DNA of 64,000 nucleotides from Gammaproteobacteria bacterium (GTDB lineage Bacteria; Pseudomonadota; Gammaproteobacteria; JBCCGL01): NCBI GenBank assembly GCA_965277715.1, contig OZ255836.1, positions 2,816,001 to 2,880,000 of the forward strand, read 5' to 3'. Shown piece by piece: positions 51,234 to 64,000 of this stretch (position 1 is its first letter; each line of letters starts with the position of its first letter). The notes under the pieces were generated by a model. It saw only the letters and a program-made list of their open reading frames with translations, ran no database searches and was not told where the DNA came from. The position numbers and the translations under genes were made by a program.

Positions 51234-51479
51234 ACGTCGCCTGCATGTGTTGTGATTGACCTATGTAGTGTATGTGCTGTCTGTGTGGTTAATCAAGTAA
51301 TATCCTTAATTATTTTTTCAAAAAATACTTTTAAATACGATGAGTTACAGAGCTTTTTTAAGGTGTTTTAGAATATTTCTTTCAGAATCAGGGAGCTAGC
51401 GGGTTCGGTGTTTGTTATGCAGCACGCGGGTTAATATCGTATTGTTGCCTTATCCATACACTCGAAGTGCTATCAAACA

Positions 51480-52181
51480 ATGCGCGCAATGATTTTGGCA
51501 GCAGGCCGGGGCGAGCGCCTGCGCCCACTGACTGATACAACACCTAAACCGCTGATCAGGCCAGGCCGTTGGCGTTTGATTGAATACCAGATCCTCGCGT
51601 TGAAAAAAGCCGGGGTTACGCAGATAGTGATTAACGTTTCGTGGTTGGCGGAACAGATCCGTGAGGTATTAAAAGATGGGGCGCAGTATGGGGTTGAAAT
51701 TACCTACAGCGATGAATCAGGCGCTGCGCTGGAAACGGCAGGGGGGATTATCAAGGCGCTGCCGTTGTTGGGTGATGCACCTTTTATTGTGTGCAATGCG
51801 GATGTGTGGACAGATTTTGATTACGCCGGGTTGCGGTTGCGTGAAGACCATTTGGCCCATCTGGTACTTGTGGAGAATCCCAGCCATCACCCCGAGGGGG
51901 ATTTTTTGTTGCGTGATAGGCAGCTTGTTGGGCGGGCGGCTGCTATGCCATTGATGGATGATTTGTCTGTTCAGACGTTGACGTTTAGTGGGATAGGTTT
52001 GTATCACCCAAAATTGTTTGCAGGCCTGGCGCAGGGTAAGCGTGCGCTGGCGCCCATTTTGTATGGTGCGGTAGAGAGCCATTTGGTGGCTAGCGAGGTA
52101 TTTAAAGGGGCTTGGCATGATGTGGGGACGCTTGCCCGGTTTGAATCGCTTAGGGGTTATTTGCACACTATCGAGTCATAG
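51480..52181 (+). CDS. murU: N-acetylmuramate alpha-1-phosphate uridylyltransferase
   Basis: MILAAGRGERLRPLT..PKPL, LETAGGI and WHDVGT motifs. Confidence 0.88.
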   Translation: MRAMILAAGRGERLRPLTDTTPKPLIRPGRWRLIEYQILALKKAGVTQIVINVSWLAEQIREVLKDGAQYGVEITYSDESGAALETAGGIIKALPLLGDAPFIVCNADVWTDFDYAGLRLREDHLAHLVLVENPSHHPEGDFLLRDRQLVGRAAAMPLMDDLSVQTLTFSGIGLYHPKLFAGLAQGKRALAPILYGAVESHLVASEVFKGAWHDVGTLARFESLRGYLHTIES

Positions 52182-52296
52182 CAAGAACACCTTCATCCAG
52201 GCCTTCCCCGTTGCCGGGTACATAGGTCGATTGGTAAATGCTGGCTTGGCGGTACAGGTTTTTTTGGTATGCCTCGTAGGCCACTCTCCAGCTTCA

Positions 52297-54541
<2,245 letters not shown>

Positions 54542-54673
54542 TTAACATCAAGCGTTTCTTTAACACGGGTTTTGAACCAAAAAGAAAACCGCTGCCTCTA
54601 AGCATGGTGCAGACTCAAACTATTGAGAGTTCGCGCTTTTTTTCAATTCATAGCTGATTACGAGGAATTACAC

Positions 54674-55564
54674 ATGATAATAAATAAACTGGTGCTCTCG
54701 GCAGCACTGGCTGTCGCGATACCATCGGCCTCCATCGCCCAAACGATCACTATCAGAATCACCAACCTGACGCAGGGACAGCATTTTACGTCGCGCCTCG
54801 TGGTTGCGCACAATGATACTGTTGACCTCTTTCAGGCGGGTGTCGATGCCGCCAATACTGCCGCCACGCCACCATCGCCCAGAAATGGTACAAATACAGC
54901 GCCCAGGGCGCTGGCATGGCTTGCCGAAGCCGGTGTTCGTAACAACGCGGACAACACTAACTCAACGGGTAGTAATTTCGAATCACTTCTGGGTCCTGCA
55001 TTGACCAATAACGGCTCCAATCGCTGGCAGGGCTTCGGCGAGCTTCTAGCGCCAGCGACGACCTCGGGTAACTATACTTTTGACACAGGAGGCTTCCCCA
55101 GGCTTTCAGTACTCGCGATGTTAGTGCCAACCAATGATGCATTTCTGGGTCTCGATAGCATCACCATTCCGACGACCTCGGGTACTCACACCTTCAACGT
55201 AAACGCCTACGATGCAGGAACCGAACTTAACGATGAGTTGAACCCTGCCGCCAATGATGGCGCAAACGGTAGCACACGCACGGTCACTGAAGCGGGTACG
55301 GGTATTGCGCTAGGTGGTTACGCGGTGCCCGGCATGGCTGCACCTGCACCAACGCAAGCGAGTTTACAAACAAACTCTACTGCGACGGGCGTTGCTGCAC
55401 AGGTTGACTCCAGCAACCAAGTTGCCGACGGCACCGATGGCCCGGTACATATCCACCGCAACACGCTGGGTGACACCAATTCCACCGCAGGCGCTAGCGA
55501 TCTGGATTCCAGAGTGCACCGCTGGTTGAATCCCGTCGCCCGCATTACCATTGTCATTCCCTAG
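54674..55564 (+). CDS. Secreted spondin-N domain protein
   Basis: Signal peptide; ITNLT, LAEAG, MLVPTNDAF, YDAGTE and VHIHR motifs. Confidence 0.85.
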   Translation: MIINKLVLSAALAVAIPSASIAQTITIRITNLTQGQHFTSRLVVAHNDTVDLFQAGVDAANTAATPPSPRNGTNTAPRALAWLAEAGVRNNADNTNSTGSNFESLLGPALTNNGSNRWQGFGELLAPATTSGNYTFDTGGFPRLSVLAMLVPTNDAFLGLDSITIPTTSGTHTFNVNAYDAGTELNDELNPAANDGANGSTRTVTEAGTGIALGGYAVPGMAAPAPTQASLQTNSTATGVAAQVDSSNQVADGTDGPVHIHRNTLGDTNSTAGASDLDSRVHRWLNPVARITIVIP

Positions 55565-55582
55565 ACGCTGGGGGGAGAAATC

Positions 55583-56332
55583 GTGAAAACTCAATTATAT
55601 AAATCAGGTGTGATGTCGCTACTGGCAATAGCTGTGATTGGCTGTGGTGGTAGTGGCAGTAGCAGTCCTAACGCGGCGAATTACTCCGTTCAAGTGACTA
55701 ACCTAACGCAGAACCAACCACTTTCACCACCAGCGATCATATTGCATAGGGCGGGATATAACGCATTCATCGATGGCGAGACGGCGAGTGTTGAATTGGA
55801 ACAACTAGCGGAAGGCGGAGATCCAGCCATGTTAATAGCGAGGGCGCAAAGTACATCGCAACACCTCGCTACCGTAGCTGGCAGTGCCGTTTCTCCACGC
55901 TCGATAGGCACTGCATCTACGCTGTCGGTAGCGCCAACCGCTGTTGATAATCTGCGTTTAACCGTAGTGACAATGCTGATCGATACCAATGATGCCTTCA
56001 CAGGTGTCAATGCAGTCAATATCAGTAATATGACCGTCGGCCAAAGCATGACGTTCTCTGCGCCCAGTTGGGATTCAGGGACGGAAGCCAACCTGGAAAC
56101 TGCAGCAACCATGCCTGGCCCGGTAGCAGTAGCGGCAGGCGGTGGTGGCGCAGCGGCAGGCTTTAATGCGATCCGCGATGATAGTGTTCCAAGAGTACGC
56201 TTTCACCAGGGTGTGGTTACTAACGCCAATGTCAATGACGCCAGTAGCGAAGGCTTGGCAACGTCAATACTGACTGAAAGGGAGCGTTGGGATAACCCCA
56301 CATCCCGCATCGTGATTACGAGGACGCAGTAG
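55583..56332 (+). CDS. Spondin-N domain lipoprotein
   Basis: Lipobox VIGC; TNLTQNQPLSP, LAEGG, TNDAF and WDSGTEAN motifs. Confidence 0.85.
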   Translation: MKTQLYKSGVMSLLAIAVIGCGGSGSSSPNAANYSVQVTNLTQNQPLSPPAIILHRAGYNAFIDGETASVELEQLAEGGDPAMLIARAQSTSQHLATVAGSAVSPRSIGTASTLSVAPTAVDNLRLTVVTMLIDTNDAFTGVNAVNISNMTVGQSMTFSAPSWDSGTEANLETAATMPGPVAVAAGGGGAAAGFNAIRDDSVPRVRFHQGVVTNANVNDASSEGLATSILTERERWDNPTSRIVITRTQ

Positions 56333-56354
56333 TAAAAAAGTAGATGCTTAGTTT

Positions 56355-56383
56355 AAGGCGCCTTTTTTAAGGCGCCTTTTTTT
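56355..56383 (+). terminator. Intrinsic terminator after the spondin pair
   Basis: AAGGCGCCTT-TTTT-AAGGCGCCTT followed by a T-run. Confidence 0.75.
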
Positions 56384-56475
56384 CAATGATAAAGAGTGAA
56401 AATATTTGATATGGCTATTAGCTCGGAATAGCTCTTGGGGAGTACTATTAAATCTACACTTAATTTTCGTTATTT

Positions 56476-56583
56476 TCAGCCTGCCTCGCTTCTTCTTATA
56501 TACTCATACCGAATATCGCTTTCAAGCTCTCTGGCCAGATATCCCTCTTCACTAATACTCTCTGATTTTTTGGCAATGGCCAT
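56476..56583 (-). pseudogene. Uma2-family endonuclease 5' stub
   Basis: MAIAKKSESISEEGYLARELESDIRYEYI.. resembles the Uma2 N-terminus; stops after 35 aa. Confidence 0.55.
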
Positions 56584-56851
56584 AGCTCATTTCTCTTGCA
56601 AATAAAAACAAAAGATAGACAGCTGTTAATTAACCGCTAATCCTACTCTCTATGTAGATACCATCTCCCTCCATATAAATACCGGTGGCTTCTCTCACTC
56701 CTTCCCAGCTCGGGAGAGGGGCTTTTAAGACACTCTTTATCGTGGTTTGCGCGCTGATTTGCGGTGTATTGAGCACGCGTGGCGCGATTCTTTCCAATAT
56801 TTTGTGTTGCAGAGGTATTCTCTGGAGAGAATACAACACAGGTTCTCCGGT

Positions 56852-57415
56852 TTAGGTTTTAGGGAGTGTTACCCCGGTTTGTCCCTGGTATTTGCCGCCA
56901 CGGTCGGCGTAAGAGGTTTCACACACCTCATCGGATTCAAAAAACAACATCTGTGCTACCCCTTCATGCGCATAAATCTTTGCGGGTAGCGGCGTGGTAT
57001 TGGAAAATTCCAGGGTCACGTGCCCCTCCCATTCAGGCTCCAGTGGGGTAACGTTTACGATAATCCCACAGCGTGCGTACGTTGATTTGCCCAGACACAC
57101 GGTTAATACACTGCGTGGGATGCGCAGGTATTCCACGGTGCGAGCCAATGCAAAAGAGTTCGGCGGGATAATACACACATCCCCTTTAAAATCGACAAAG
57201 CTATCCGGGTCAAATGCCTTTGGGTCGACCACGGCGTGGTTGATATTGGTAAATATCTTGAATTCATCGGCGCAGCGCACATCGTAACCGTAGCTTGACG
57301 TACCGTAAGAGACGATTTTCTGTTCGCCAACGTAGCGCACCTGGCCGCTTTCGAAGGGTTCGATCATACCTTGATGCGCCATACGGCGAATCCAGTTATC
57401 AGATTTGATGGTCAT
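56852..57415 (-). CDS. dcd: dCTP deaminase
   Basis: [19 protein letters not shown] and TPLEPEWEG motifs. Confidence 0.97.
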   Translation of the reverse strand: MTIKSDNWIRRMAHQGMIEPFESGQVRYVGEQKIVSYGTSSYGYDVRCADEFKIFTNINHAVVDPKAFDPDSFVDFKGDVCIIPPNSFALARTVEYLRIPRSVLTVCLGKSTYARCGIIVNVTPLEPEWEGHVTLEFSNTTPLPAKIYAHEGVAQMLFFESDEVCETSYADRGGKYQGQTGVTLPKT

Positions 57416-57501
57416 AAGGCCAAAGCAGTGAAGTTAAAGCGGGGATTTTACGGAGTGAGAGGAGGTAATACTACTTATATTGGTAGCTTGGAGTGGCGCG
57501 T

Positions 57502-57532
57502 AAAAAACGCCCGGTTCAGGCGGGCGTTTTTT
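57502..57532 (-). terminator. Intrinsic (bidirectional-type) terminator after the outer-membrane gene
   Basis: AAAAAACGCCCG-loop-CGGGCGTTTTTT. Confidence 0.8.
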
Positions 57533-57548
57533 GATTTAACGTTGAAAA

Positions 57549-58160
57549 TCAAAAGCGATAAATTACGCCGATATTAAGTGAATCTACAGTAACTCCGACA
57601 ATTGACGAATCAAACGAATTATCATTGAAGTATCGTATGTAATCTGCCGATAAAGACAATGAGTTGTTAAAGTCGTATTCAAAGCCAAAACCATACCCTA
57701 TATCATCATCACTATCAGTGCCATTTTCAGTCAAACTTGTGTCGCTACTATTACTACGTACTAATTCAAAATCAGAAAAACCAATGAGTCCATATAATTT
57801 AAAATCATCCGTTATAGGTAGATTACCTTTTACATAGAGAAAAATGATATTCGTATCAAGGTCTATATTAGCGCTTTGGTTGGTAGTAGCAGTTATGGTC
57901 GAATTTTGGGTTTCGTCTGATGTCAATGTTCGATTAAGCTCAATGCCAAAATCAAGATAATCATTAATAGAAAGTCCGCCACGAAAATAAGCATTTACTG
58001 TATTGGCGTCACCAAATACCATAGTCTCGGTGCCAGAATTTATGTCAGTAATATCTGTAGATACATATCCACCGCCGCCACCAATAAACCAACGCACATC
58101 AGCCTGCGTTATCGATAAAGGTAGAATGCTTAGCGCGATGATAAAAAAAAATTTCTTCAT
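57549..58160 (-). CDS. Outer membrane beta-barrel protein (OmpA-like transmembrane family)
   Basis: Signal peptide, alternating strands, GYGFGFEYDF, terminal YRF. Confidence 0.85.
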   Translation of the reverse strand: MKKFFFIIALSILPLSITQADVRWFIGGGGGYVSTDITDINSGTETMVFGDANTVNAYFRGGLSINDYLDFGIELNRTLTSDETQNSTITATTNQSANIDLDTNIIFLYVKGNLPITDDFKLYGLIGFSDFELVRSNSSDTSLTENGTDSDDDIGYGFGFEYDFNNSLSLSADYIRYFNDNSFDSSIVGVTVDSLNIGVIYRF

Positions 58161-58406
58161 TCGGTTTTTCTCCTGAAAATCCGTAGTGTTTAAACAAACA
58201 CAGGGCGTGTTTTAAAAAAAGGGTCTGTAGCTAGTCCACAGACCTTTAACATTAAGTGAAAACCTACAAAGTTTCAATAGCCTATATGGCTTCTATCAGA
58301 TAGTTAAGAGCAATGGTTTATTTGCCAGCAGCATTGCTCAAGTTTGTTGTTATTGGGTTTATCTACTCTGCGCTTGAAGGCATGCGTATCCCGGTTTTTT
58401 CATTTA

Positions 58407-59492
58407 TCAGGAATTCTGTATCACTATATTGGGGAAGCTCGCGCTGTAGTCTTTTGCCTGCATCGCCAGTTTGGCTGACATTTTACGAGCAATGGCGCCA
58501 TAGGCGGCGGCGATCTGGCCATCGGGGTTGGAAACCACAGAGGGTTTGCCGCTGTCTGCGTGTTCGCGGATGGTGATATCGAGCGGCAGTGAACCAAGAA
58601 AATCGACACTGTGTTGTTCGGCCATTGACGCCCCACCGCCCGCACCAAAAATATGCTCTTCGTGGCCACACTGGCTACAAATATGCGTGCTCATATTTTC
58701 CACTATGCCGAGTATAGGCACTTCGACTTTCTCAAACATCTTTAAGCCTTTGCGCGCATCCAGTAGGGCAATGTCCTGGGGTGTAGTAACGATAACGGCA
58801 CCGCTGACCGGGATTTTTTGCGCCAGTGTCAGTTGGGTGTCGCCAGTGCCAGGGGGCAGGTCGATAATCAAATAATCCAGCCCGCGCCATTGTGTGTCGT
58901 TGAGTAGTTGCTCCAGTGCCTGGGTGACCATTGGGCCGCGCCAGATCATCGGTGTTTCCTCATCGATCAAAAAGCCAATAGACATGGCCTGTAAACCGTA
59001 GTTTTCCATTGGTTCCAGGCTGTTGCCGTCCTGCGATTCCGGTTTACCGCTAATACCGAGCATACGCGGTTGACTGGGGCCATAGATATCGGCATCGAGA
59101 ATGCCAACTATCGCCCCCTCGGCGGATAAAGCCAGTGCCAGGTTGACAGAGGTCGTCGATTTTCCTACGCCACCTTTGCCCGAGGCAACGGCGATAATAT
59201 TCTTGATATTGTTCATCCGCTTCACGCCTTTTTGTACTGAGTGCGAGGTGATTTTGGATGTGACGATAACACTGGCCTGCTCAACGCCCTCGACGCTGGC
59301 GACCAGCGTTTGCAACTCACCCGCCAGTGATGCGTGAATCGACTTGGCAGGAAAGCCCAGTTCAACCTGGATGTTCACTGTGCCGCCATTAATATCGATG
59401 GCCTTAACGCATTTGGCACTGACTAAGTCAGTACCGAGATTAGGTTCAGTAAAGGTACCGAGTGCGGCCTGGATGTTTTCTTTGTTGGTCAT
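58407..59492 (-). CDS. apbC: Fe-S cluster carrier ApbC/Mrp
   Basis: SGKGGVGKST, DADIYGPS, DLPPGTGD and CSQC motifs. Confidence 0.97.
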   Translation of the reverse strand: MTNKENIQAALGTFTEPNLGTDLVSAKCVKAIDINGGTVNIQVELGFPAKSIHASLAGELQTLVASVEGVEQASVIVTSKITSHSVQKGVKRMNNIKNIIAVASGKGGVGKSTTSVNLALALSAEGAIVGILDADIYGPSQPRMLGISGKPESQDGNSLEPMENYGLQAMSIGFLIDEETPMIWRGPMVTQALEQLLNDTQWRGLDYLIIDLPPGTGDTQLTLAQKIPVSGAVIVTTPQDIALLDARKGLKMFEKVEVPILGIVENMSTHICSQCGHEEHIFGAGGGASMAEQHSVDFLGSLPLDITIREHADSGKPSVVSNPDGQIAAAYGAIARKMSAKLAMQAKDYSASFPNIVIQNS

Positions 59493-59671
59493 AACCTGAA
59501 AAAGCCTCGTGGTAACGCCTACCGCCGCACAGGCAAGGCACGGCGATTGGTGATGGTTTTAAAACCTCGGAATAATACACTAATTTACTCAGGTATAGAC
59601 CTGCTACCTATACATCAACGCTGCCAGGCTCTAAACTTCCCGCTCAGTTCAACTCCATCAGGAACCCATTA

Positions 59672-61690
59672 ATGGCAAGTGCCGCCCGCAAAATCCTCGT
59701 TACCAGCGCCCTTCCTTACGCCAATGGTTCAATCCATCTCGGTCATATGTTGGAATATATCCAAACGGATATTTGGGTACGTTTTCAGCGCATGCGCGGG
59801 CACGACTGCACCTGGGTGTGGGCGGATGATGCCCACGGTACGCCGATTATGCTAAAAGCACAGGCCGATGGTGTTTCTCCACAGGCGCTGATCGATGCAG
59901 TAAAAATCGAGCACGAATCGGACTTCGTCGATTTCCAACTCAGCTTTGATAATTTTCACACCACCCACTCGGATGAAAACCGCGAAATTGCCGAACTGAT
60001 TTATACCCGCCTGAATGCCGCCGGTCACATCACCCGACGCACAGTGCGCCAGGCGTATGATGAGCAGGCGGGCATGTTCCTGCCGGATCGTTTTGTGCGC
60101 GGCACCTGCCCCGTGTGTGGTCTGCAAGACCAAAATGGTGACTCGTGCGATAACGGCCATACCTATTCGCCGCTGGAGGTGAAAGATGCCGTTTCGGTAA
60201 TTTCTGGTGAGCCACCTGTAGCGCGTGATTCAGAGCACTACTTTTTCAAACTCGGCGATTTTGAGGCGATGCTGAAAAACTGGACGGGCAGTGGTCAGCT
60301 ACAACCTGAAATAGCCAACAAGTTACAAGAGTGGTTTACCGCCGGTTTGCAGGATTGGGATATATCCCGCGACGCCCCTTATTGGGGGTTTGAAATTCCC
60401 GGGGCGCCGGGCAAATACTTTTATGTCTGGCTGGACGCGCCCATCGGCTACATGGCCAGCCACAAAAACCTGTGCGACCGCACCGGGCAGAATTTTGATG
60501 ACTACTGGAAACCGGATTCCGATGCCGAGCTGTACCATTTTATCGGCAAGGACATCGCCTATTTCCATACCCTGTTCTGGCCCGCCACGCTGGAAGGTGC
60601 GGGGTTTCGCAAACCCACGGCTGTGTTTTGCCATGGTTTTTTGACCGTTGACGGCGCTAAAATGTCGAAATCGCGTGGCACGTTTATCAAGGCACGCACC
60701 TACCTCAACCACCTCAACCCCGAATATCTGCGCTACTATTTCGCGGCCAAGCTCAACGCGCACGTCGAAGATATCGATTTGAACCTGGAAGACTTTGTGG
60801 CACGCGTCAACTCAGACCTGGTGGGTAAACTGGTGAATATCGCCAGCCGTTGCCAGGGGTTTATCAACAGCCGCTTCACCGGGAAGCTGGCCACTGCACT
60901 CCCCGAGCCTGCAATGTACAGTGAATTTGTCGATGCGGGCGATAGCATTGCCGCATTTTACGAGCGTCGTGAATTCAGCAAAGCCATACGCGAGGTTATG
61001 GCGCTCGCCGATCGCGCCAACCAATATATCGCCGAGCAGGCGCCGTGGGTGCTGGCGAAGCAGGCAGACAGGCAAGGCGATGTGCAGGCTATCTGCTCGC
61101 AGGGTTTGAACCTGTTTCGCGTGTTGGTGGCTTATTTAAAGCCTGTGCTACCCGCGCTCGCCAAAAATGCCGAGGAGTTTTTAAATACCGATGATGTACA
61201 GTGGCATGATGTGCACACCCCCTTGCTCAATCACACTATCAAGAAATTCCAGCCACTTGCTCAGCGGATTGACGCTAAAACCATCACCGCCATTATCGAA
61301 GACTCAAAAGAAGACCTGAACGCAACGCAGCCCGCCAGTGGCCCCTTGGCCGGGCCACCCATCGCCCCCGAAATTAGCTTTGACGACTTCGCCAGGCTCG
61401 ATTTGCGTGTGGCAAAAATTGCCCGCTGTGAGCACGTTGAAGGTTCAGACAAATTACTGTGCTTAACGCTGGATCTCGGCAGCGAAACCCGCACCGTATT
61501 TTCCGGTATTCGTGCGGCGTATAAACCGGAGGATCTGGAAGGCAAGCTCACCATTATGGTTGCTAATCTGAAGCCGCGAAAAATGCGTTTTGGGGTTTCA
61601 GAGGGAATGGTGTTGTGCGCGGGCGATGATGACGATATTTATTTGCTGGGTGCAGACGATGGTGCACGGGCGGGAATGCGGGTGACATAA
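59672..61690 (+). CDS. metG: Methionine--tRNA ligase
   Basis: [16 protein letters not shown] and a C-terminal tRNA-binding domain. Confidence 0.98.
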   Translation: MASAARKILVTSALPYANGSIHLGHMLEYIQTDIWVRFQRMRGHDCTWVWADDAHGTPIMLKAQADGVSPQALIDAVKIEHESDFVDFQLSFDNFHTTHSDENREIAELIYTRLNAAGHITRRTVRQAYDEQAGMFLPDRFVRGTCPVCGLQDQNGDSCDNGHTYSPLEVKDAVSVISGEPPVARDSEHYFFKLGDFEAMLKNWTGSGQLQPEIANKLQEWFTAGLQDWDISRDAPYWGFEIPGAPGKYFYVWLDAPIGYMASHKNLCDRTGQNFDDYWKPDSDAELYHFIGKDIAYFHTLFWPATLEGAGFRKPTAVFCHGFLTVDGAKMSKSRGTFIKARTYLNHLNPEYLRYYFAAKLNAHVEDIDLNLEDFVARVNSDLVGKLVNIASRCQGFINSRFTGKLATALPEPAMYSEFVDAGDSIAAFYERREFSKAIREVMALADRANQYIAEQAPWVLAKQADRQGDVQAICSQGLNLFRVLVAYLKPVLPALAKNAEEFLNTDDVQWHDVHTPLLNHTIKKFQPLAQRIDAKTITAIIEDSKEDLNATQPASGPLAGPPIAPEISFDDFARLDLRVAKIARCEHVEGSDKLLCLTLDLGSETRTVFSGIRAAYKPEDLEGKLTIMVANLKPRKMRFGVSEGMVLCAGDDDDIYLLGADDGARAGMRVT

Positions 61691-61748
61691 GCAGTCACCG
61701 GTTCACCCTTATAGGGGTGTCTTAAAAAGATCAATAAGCACAATACGC

Positions 61749-61775
61749 TAAAGTATCAAACCACCGTGCCGATAG
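61749..61775 (+). promoter_or_regulatory. Sigma28 (FliA)-type promoter
   Basis: TAAA-N15-GCCGATAG about 30 bp upstream of the pilin-like gene. Confidence 0.65.
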
Positions 61776-61804
61776 TATAACTGTCGACGAGTGGTGGAAC
61801 GTTT

Positions 61805-62266
61805 GTGCTTAAAACACGTATTAGGTATGTAGGGTTTACGCTGATTGAACTGATGGTAATCGTGGCGATACTGGGCATCCTCGCTATGATTTCGATACCG
61901 GGTTTCAGCAGCATGATTTATCGCGGCAAGGTGGCGTCGACGGTTGCGGATATCGCCAAAATAGGCCAGGCGGTATTTGCGTATGAGATGAACACCGGCG
62001 CACTGCCCAATTCACTGACAGAACTCAGCAATATCCCCATTGAAGACCCCTGGGGAAATGGCTATCAGTACATCAATTTTGCCCTGGTCAAGGGGAAAGG
62101 GAAACAGCGAAAAGACCGGAATCTGGTGCCTATCAATACGCTATTTGATTTGTACAGCACAGGCGAAGACGGTTCTTCGGTATCCCCACTAACCGCTAAT
62201 GCAAGCCGCGATGATATCGTCTGGGCAAACGGTGGCCAGTTTATCGGTCTCGCTGTAGATTACTGA
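61805..62266 (+). CDS. Stand-alone prepilin/GspG-like protein
   Basis: GFTLIELM, DPWGNGYQY and FDLYSTGEDG motifs. Confidence 0.85.
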   Translation: MLKTRIRYVGFTLIELMVIVAILGILAMISIPGFSSMIYRGKVASTVADIAKIGQAVFAYEMNTGALPNSLTELSNIPIEDPWGNGYQYINFALVKGKGKQRKDRNLVPINTLFDLYSTGEDGSSVSPLTANASRDDIVWANGGQFIGLAVDY

Positions 62267-62340
62267 TGTAACATTTTTTTCACATTGCCAGCCCATAAAT
62301 TTATCCACCATACTGTCAATGTGAAAATTTGGCACAGATA

Positions 62341-62730
62341 ATGGCAACCACATTACCCCGTATTACGGCGAGAATCGATCTCGATACACAGGGCTTGCTG
62401 GCCAAAGCCGCCGCTTTCTCTGGTGTATCCAGTATTAATTCATTTGTTCTAAATGCTGCAGTGGAAAAAGCCAGGCGGATTATTGAACGCGAGCAGGCTT
62501 TGGTGCTTAAACAACAGGATGCCACGTTGCTAGGGTTTGGCGAGTGGCTGTTAATCGATGCGCTGCATAAGCTTTTGTCTGCCAGTGAAACGGTGGCTTT
62601 TCCAGCAGTGATTGTTGATGCAAGGGATGGTGCAAAGCGTTTTTACGAGAAGTATGGTTTTACCGCCTTTCACTATGCAATAGATAGGCTGTTTATCACT
62701 GTTGCCGATATTCGTACAAGTTTTGGTTAG
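62341..62730 (+). pseudogene. In-frame fusion of a DUF1778 (TacA-like) antitoxin N-part with a GNAT toxin C-part
   Basis: RITARID..AAAFSG..SFVLNAAVEKA followed by GFGEWLLIDAL..VIVDA..AKRFYEKYGF. Confidence 0.75.
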
Positions 62731-62905
62731 CCGGTACGCTATCGACGTTGAATGGATGGACTGTTAGTTTCAATAAATTCACTTCAGTGCCAACAGCGCA
62801 ACGTTGAGCCCGTCAATATAAGGTAGACAGTGTACTAGACCCCATGTATTGACTTGCACACAAGACAATACATGATGTCCAGCCACGATGAAAAAGGTTT
62901 TTTTG

Positions 62906-64000
62906 ATGAACACCAATGACCCCTTGCTGCAACCGTTTACGCTCAAGCATTTGACACTGCGTAATCGTTTGATGACCACGGCCCACGAACCGGCTTATTC
63001 TGAAGATGGTATGCCAAAAAAACGCTATCGGCTGTACCACCAGGAGCGCGCCAAAGGAGGGATCGCGCTGACCATGACGGCAGGCTCTGCGGTGGTATCG
63101 GCAGATTCCCCGGCAGCGTTTGGTAATCTTTTTGCCTATAAGGATGAAATCGTGCCCTGGCTCAGCGAGTTAACCGATGCCTGCCACGCGCACGGCACGG
63201 CGGTGATGATTCAGTTAACCCATTTGGGGCGTCGCTCCGGGTGGAATACGGGCGACTGGCTGCCACTGGTGGCCGCTTCCCGCGTGCGTGAAAGTGCGCA
63301 CCGCAGTTTTCCCAAAGCCGCCGAGGACTGGGATCTGGAGCGTATTGCCAATGATTATGCCGCCGCTGCACAACGCATGGTAGCGGCCGGGCTGGATGGC
63401 TTCGAGATCCAGTGTAACGGTCATTTACCCGACGGATTTTGGTCACCGGCGACCAATCACCGCAATGATCAATACGGCGGCAGTCTGGAAAACCGCACTC
63501 GCTTTACCCGGCAAATACTCGAAAAAATCCGCCACACCATCGGCCCTGAGTTTATCGTGGGCGTGCGCATGACATTCGATGAGTACTGGCCACAGGGGTT
63601 TGATCAGGCAGAGGGGCGACGGATTGCACAGGTCCTGCTCGACTCCGGACAGGTCGATTTTATTAATGTCATCCGTGGTCGCATCGAAAGCGAGGCGGCG
63701 TTGCTCGATCAGTTTCCCGGCCACGGGATGCGCCGTGCGCCGGATCTGAATTTTGCTGGCGAGGTGCGCCAACAGTTTTCCGTGCCGACTTTTCACGCCA
63801 CCGGCATCAACGATATCGCCACCGCACGCCACGCCATTGCTGAGGGAAAACTGGATATGGTTGGCATGGTGCGGGCGCATATCGCCGACCCGCATATCGT
63901 GCAAAAAATCATCGGGCAGCGTGAGCATGAAATCCGCCCTTGTGTCGGTGCCACGTATTGCCTCGATCGCATCTACGAAAATGGCGAGGCCCTGTGTATT
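62906..64000 (+). CDS. NADH:flavin oxidoreductase (old yellow enzyme family, N-methylproline demethylase-like), runs off the window
   Basis: DPLLQPFTLKHLTLRNR, AHEPAY, ERAKGG, YGGSLENR and IRPCVGATYCLDRIY motifs. Confidence 0.88.
   Translation, partial: MNTNDPLLQPFTLKHLTLRNRLMTTAHEPAYSEDGMPKKRYRLYHQERAKGGIALTMTAGSAVVSADSPAAFGNLFAYKDEIVPWLSELTDACHAHGTAVMIQLTHLGRRSGWNTGDWLPLVAASRVRESAHRSFPKAAEDWDLERIANDYAAAAQRMVAAGLDGFEIQCNGHLPDGFWSPATNHRNDQYGGSLENRTRFTRQILEKIRHTIGPEFIVGVRMTFDEYWPQGFDQAEGRRIAQVLLDSGQVDFINVIRGRIESEAALLDQFPGHGMRRAPDLNFAGEVRQQFSVPTFHATGINDIATARHAIAEGKLDMVGMVRAHIADPHIVQKIIGQREHEIRPCVGATYCLDRIYENGEALCI

Noticed and set aside
56680-56735. REP element (CTTCCCAGCTCGGGAGAGGGG)
   Set aside because: Single degenerate copy; not enough support within the window.

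Overview
A chromosomal window, probably from a marine gammaproteobacterium (inferred from gene content). Housekeeping and secretion blocks alternate with AT-richer accessory islands. 1-10 kb: a Shango-type TerB/ATPase/helicase defence triad, two decayed RAYT-like Y1 transposase elements bounded by GGGGTCA-type terminal inverted repeats, a CNNM/CBS gene, and a relic integron (intI 5' stub plus two attC-bounded cassettes). 10-24 kb: a glutamine-synthetase-like/MetX-like pair, a sensor kinase with no visible H-box, a rhombosortase, an MCP and gspG-N. 24-46 kb: hicAB, several IS and MITE elements, a 2323-aa signal-peptide-bearing SpvB/FG-GAP/RHS polymorphic toxin with immunity gene, an orphan toxin/immunity module, an IS-split AIPR gene lying behind a second intI-stub/promoter copy, and an MNT-HEPN gene. 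The toxin has seven near-identical 174-bp repeats and a ~260-aa insert in its RHS core. 46-64 kb: mostly core genes (yrfG, malY/patB, mazG, murU, proB, obgE, dcd, apbC, metG), a spondin-domain pair, a fused TacA-GNAT relic and a partial flavin oxidoreductase. The strongest novelty candidates are (i) the RAYT-end motif recurring at the junctions of the RHS toxin locus, (ii) the unusual RHS architecture and (iii) the duplicated intI stub. All family assignments come from motif recognition only; no searches were run. No tRNA, rRNA or CRISPR array was seen.
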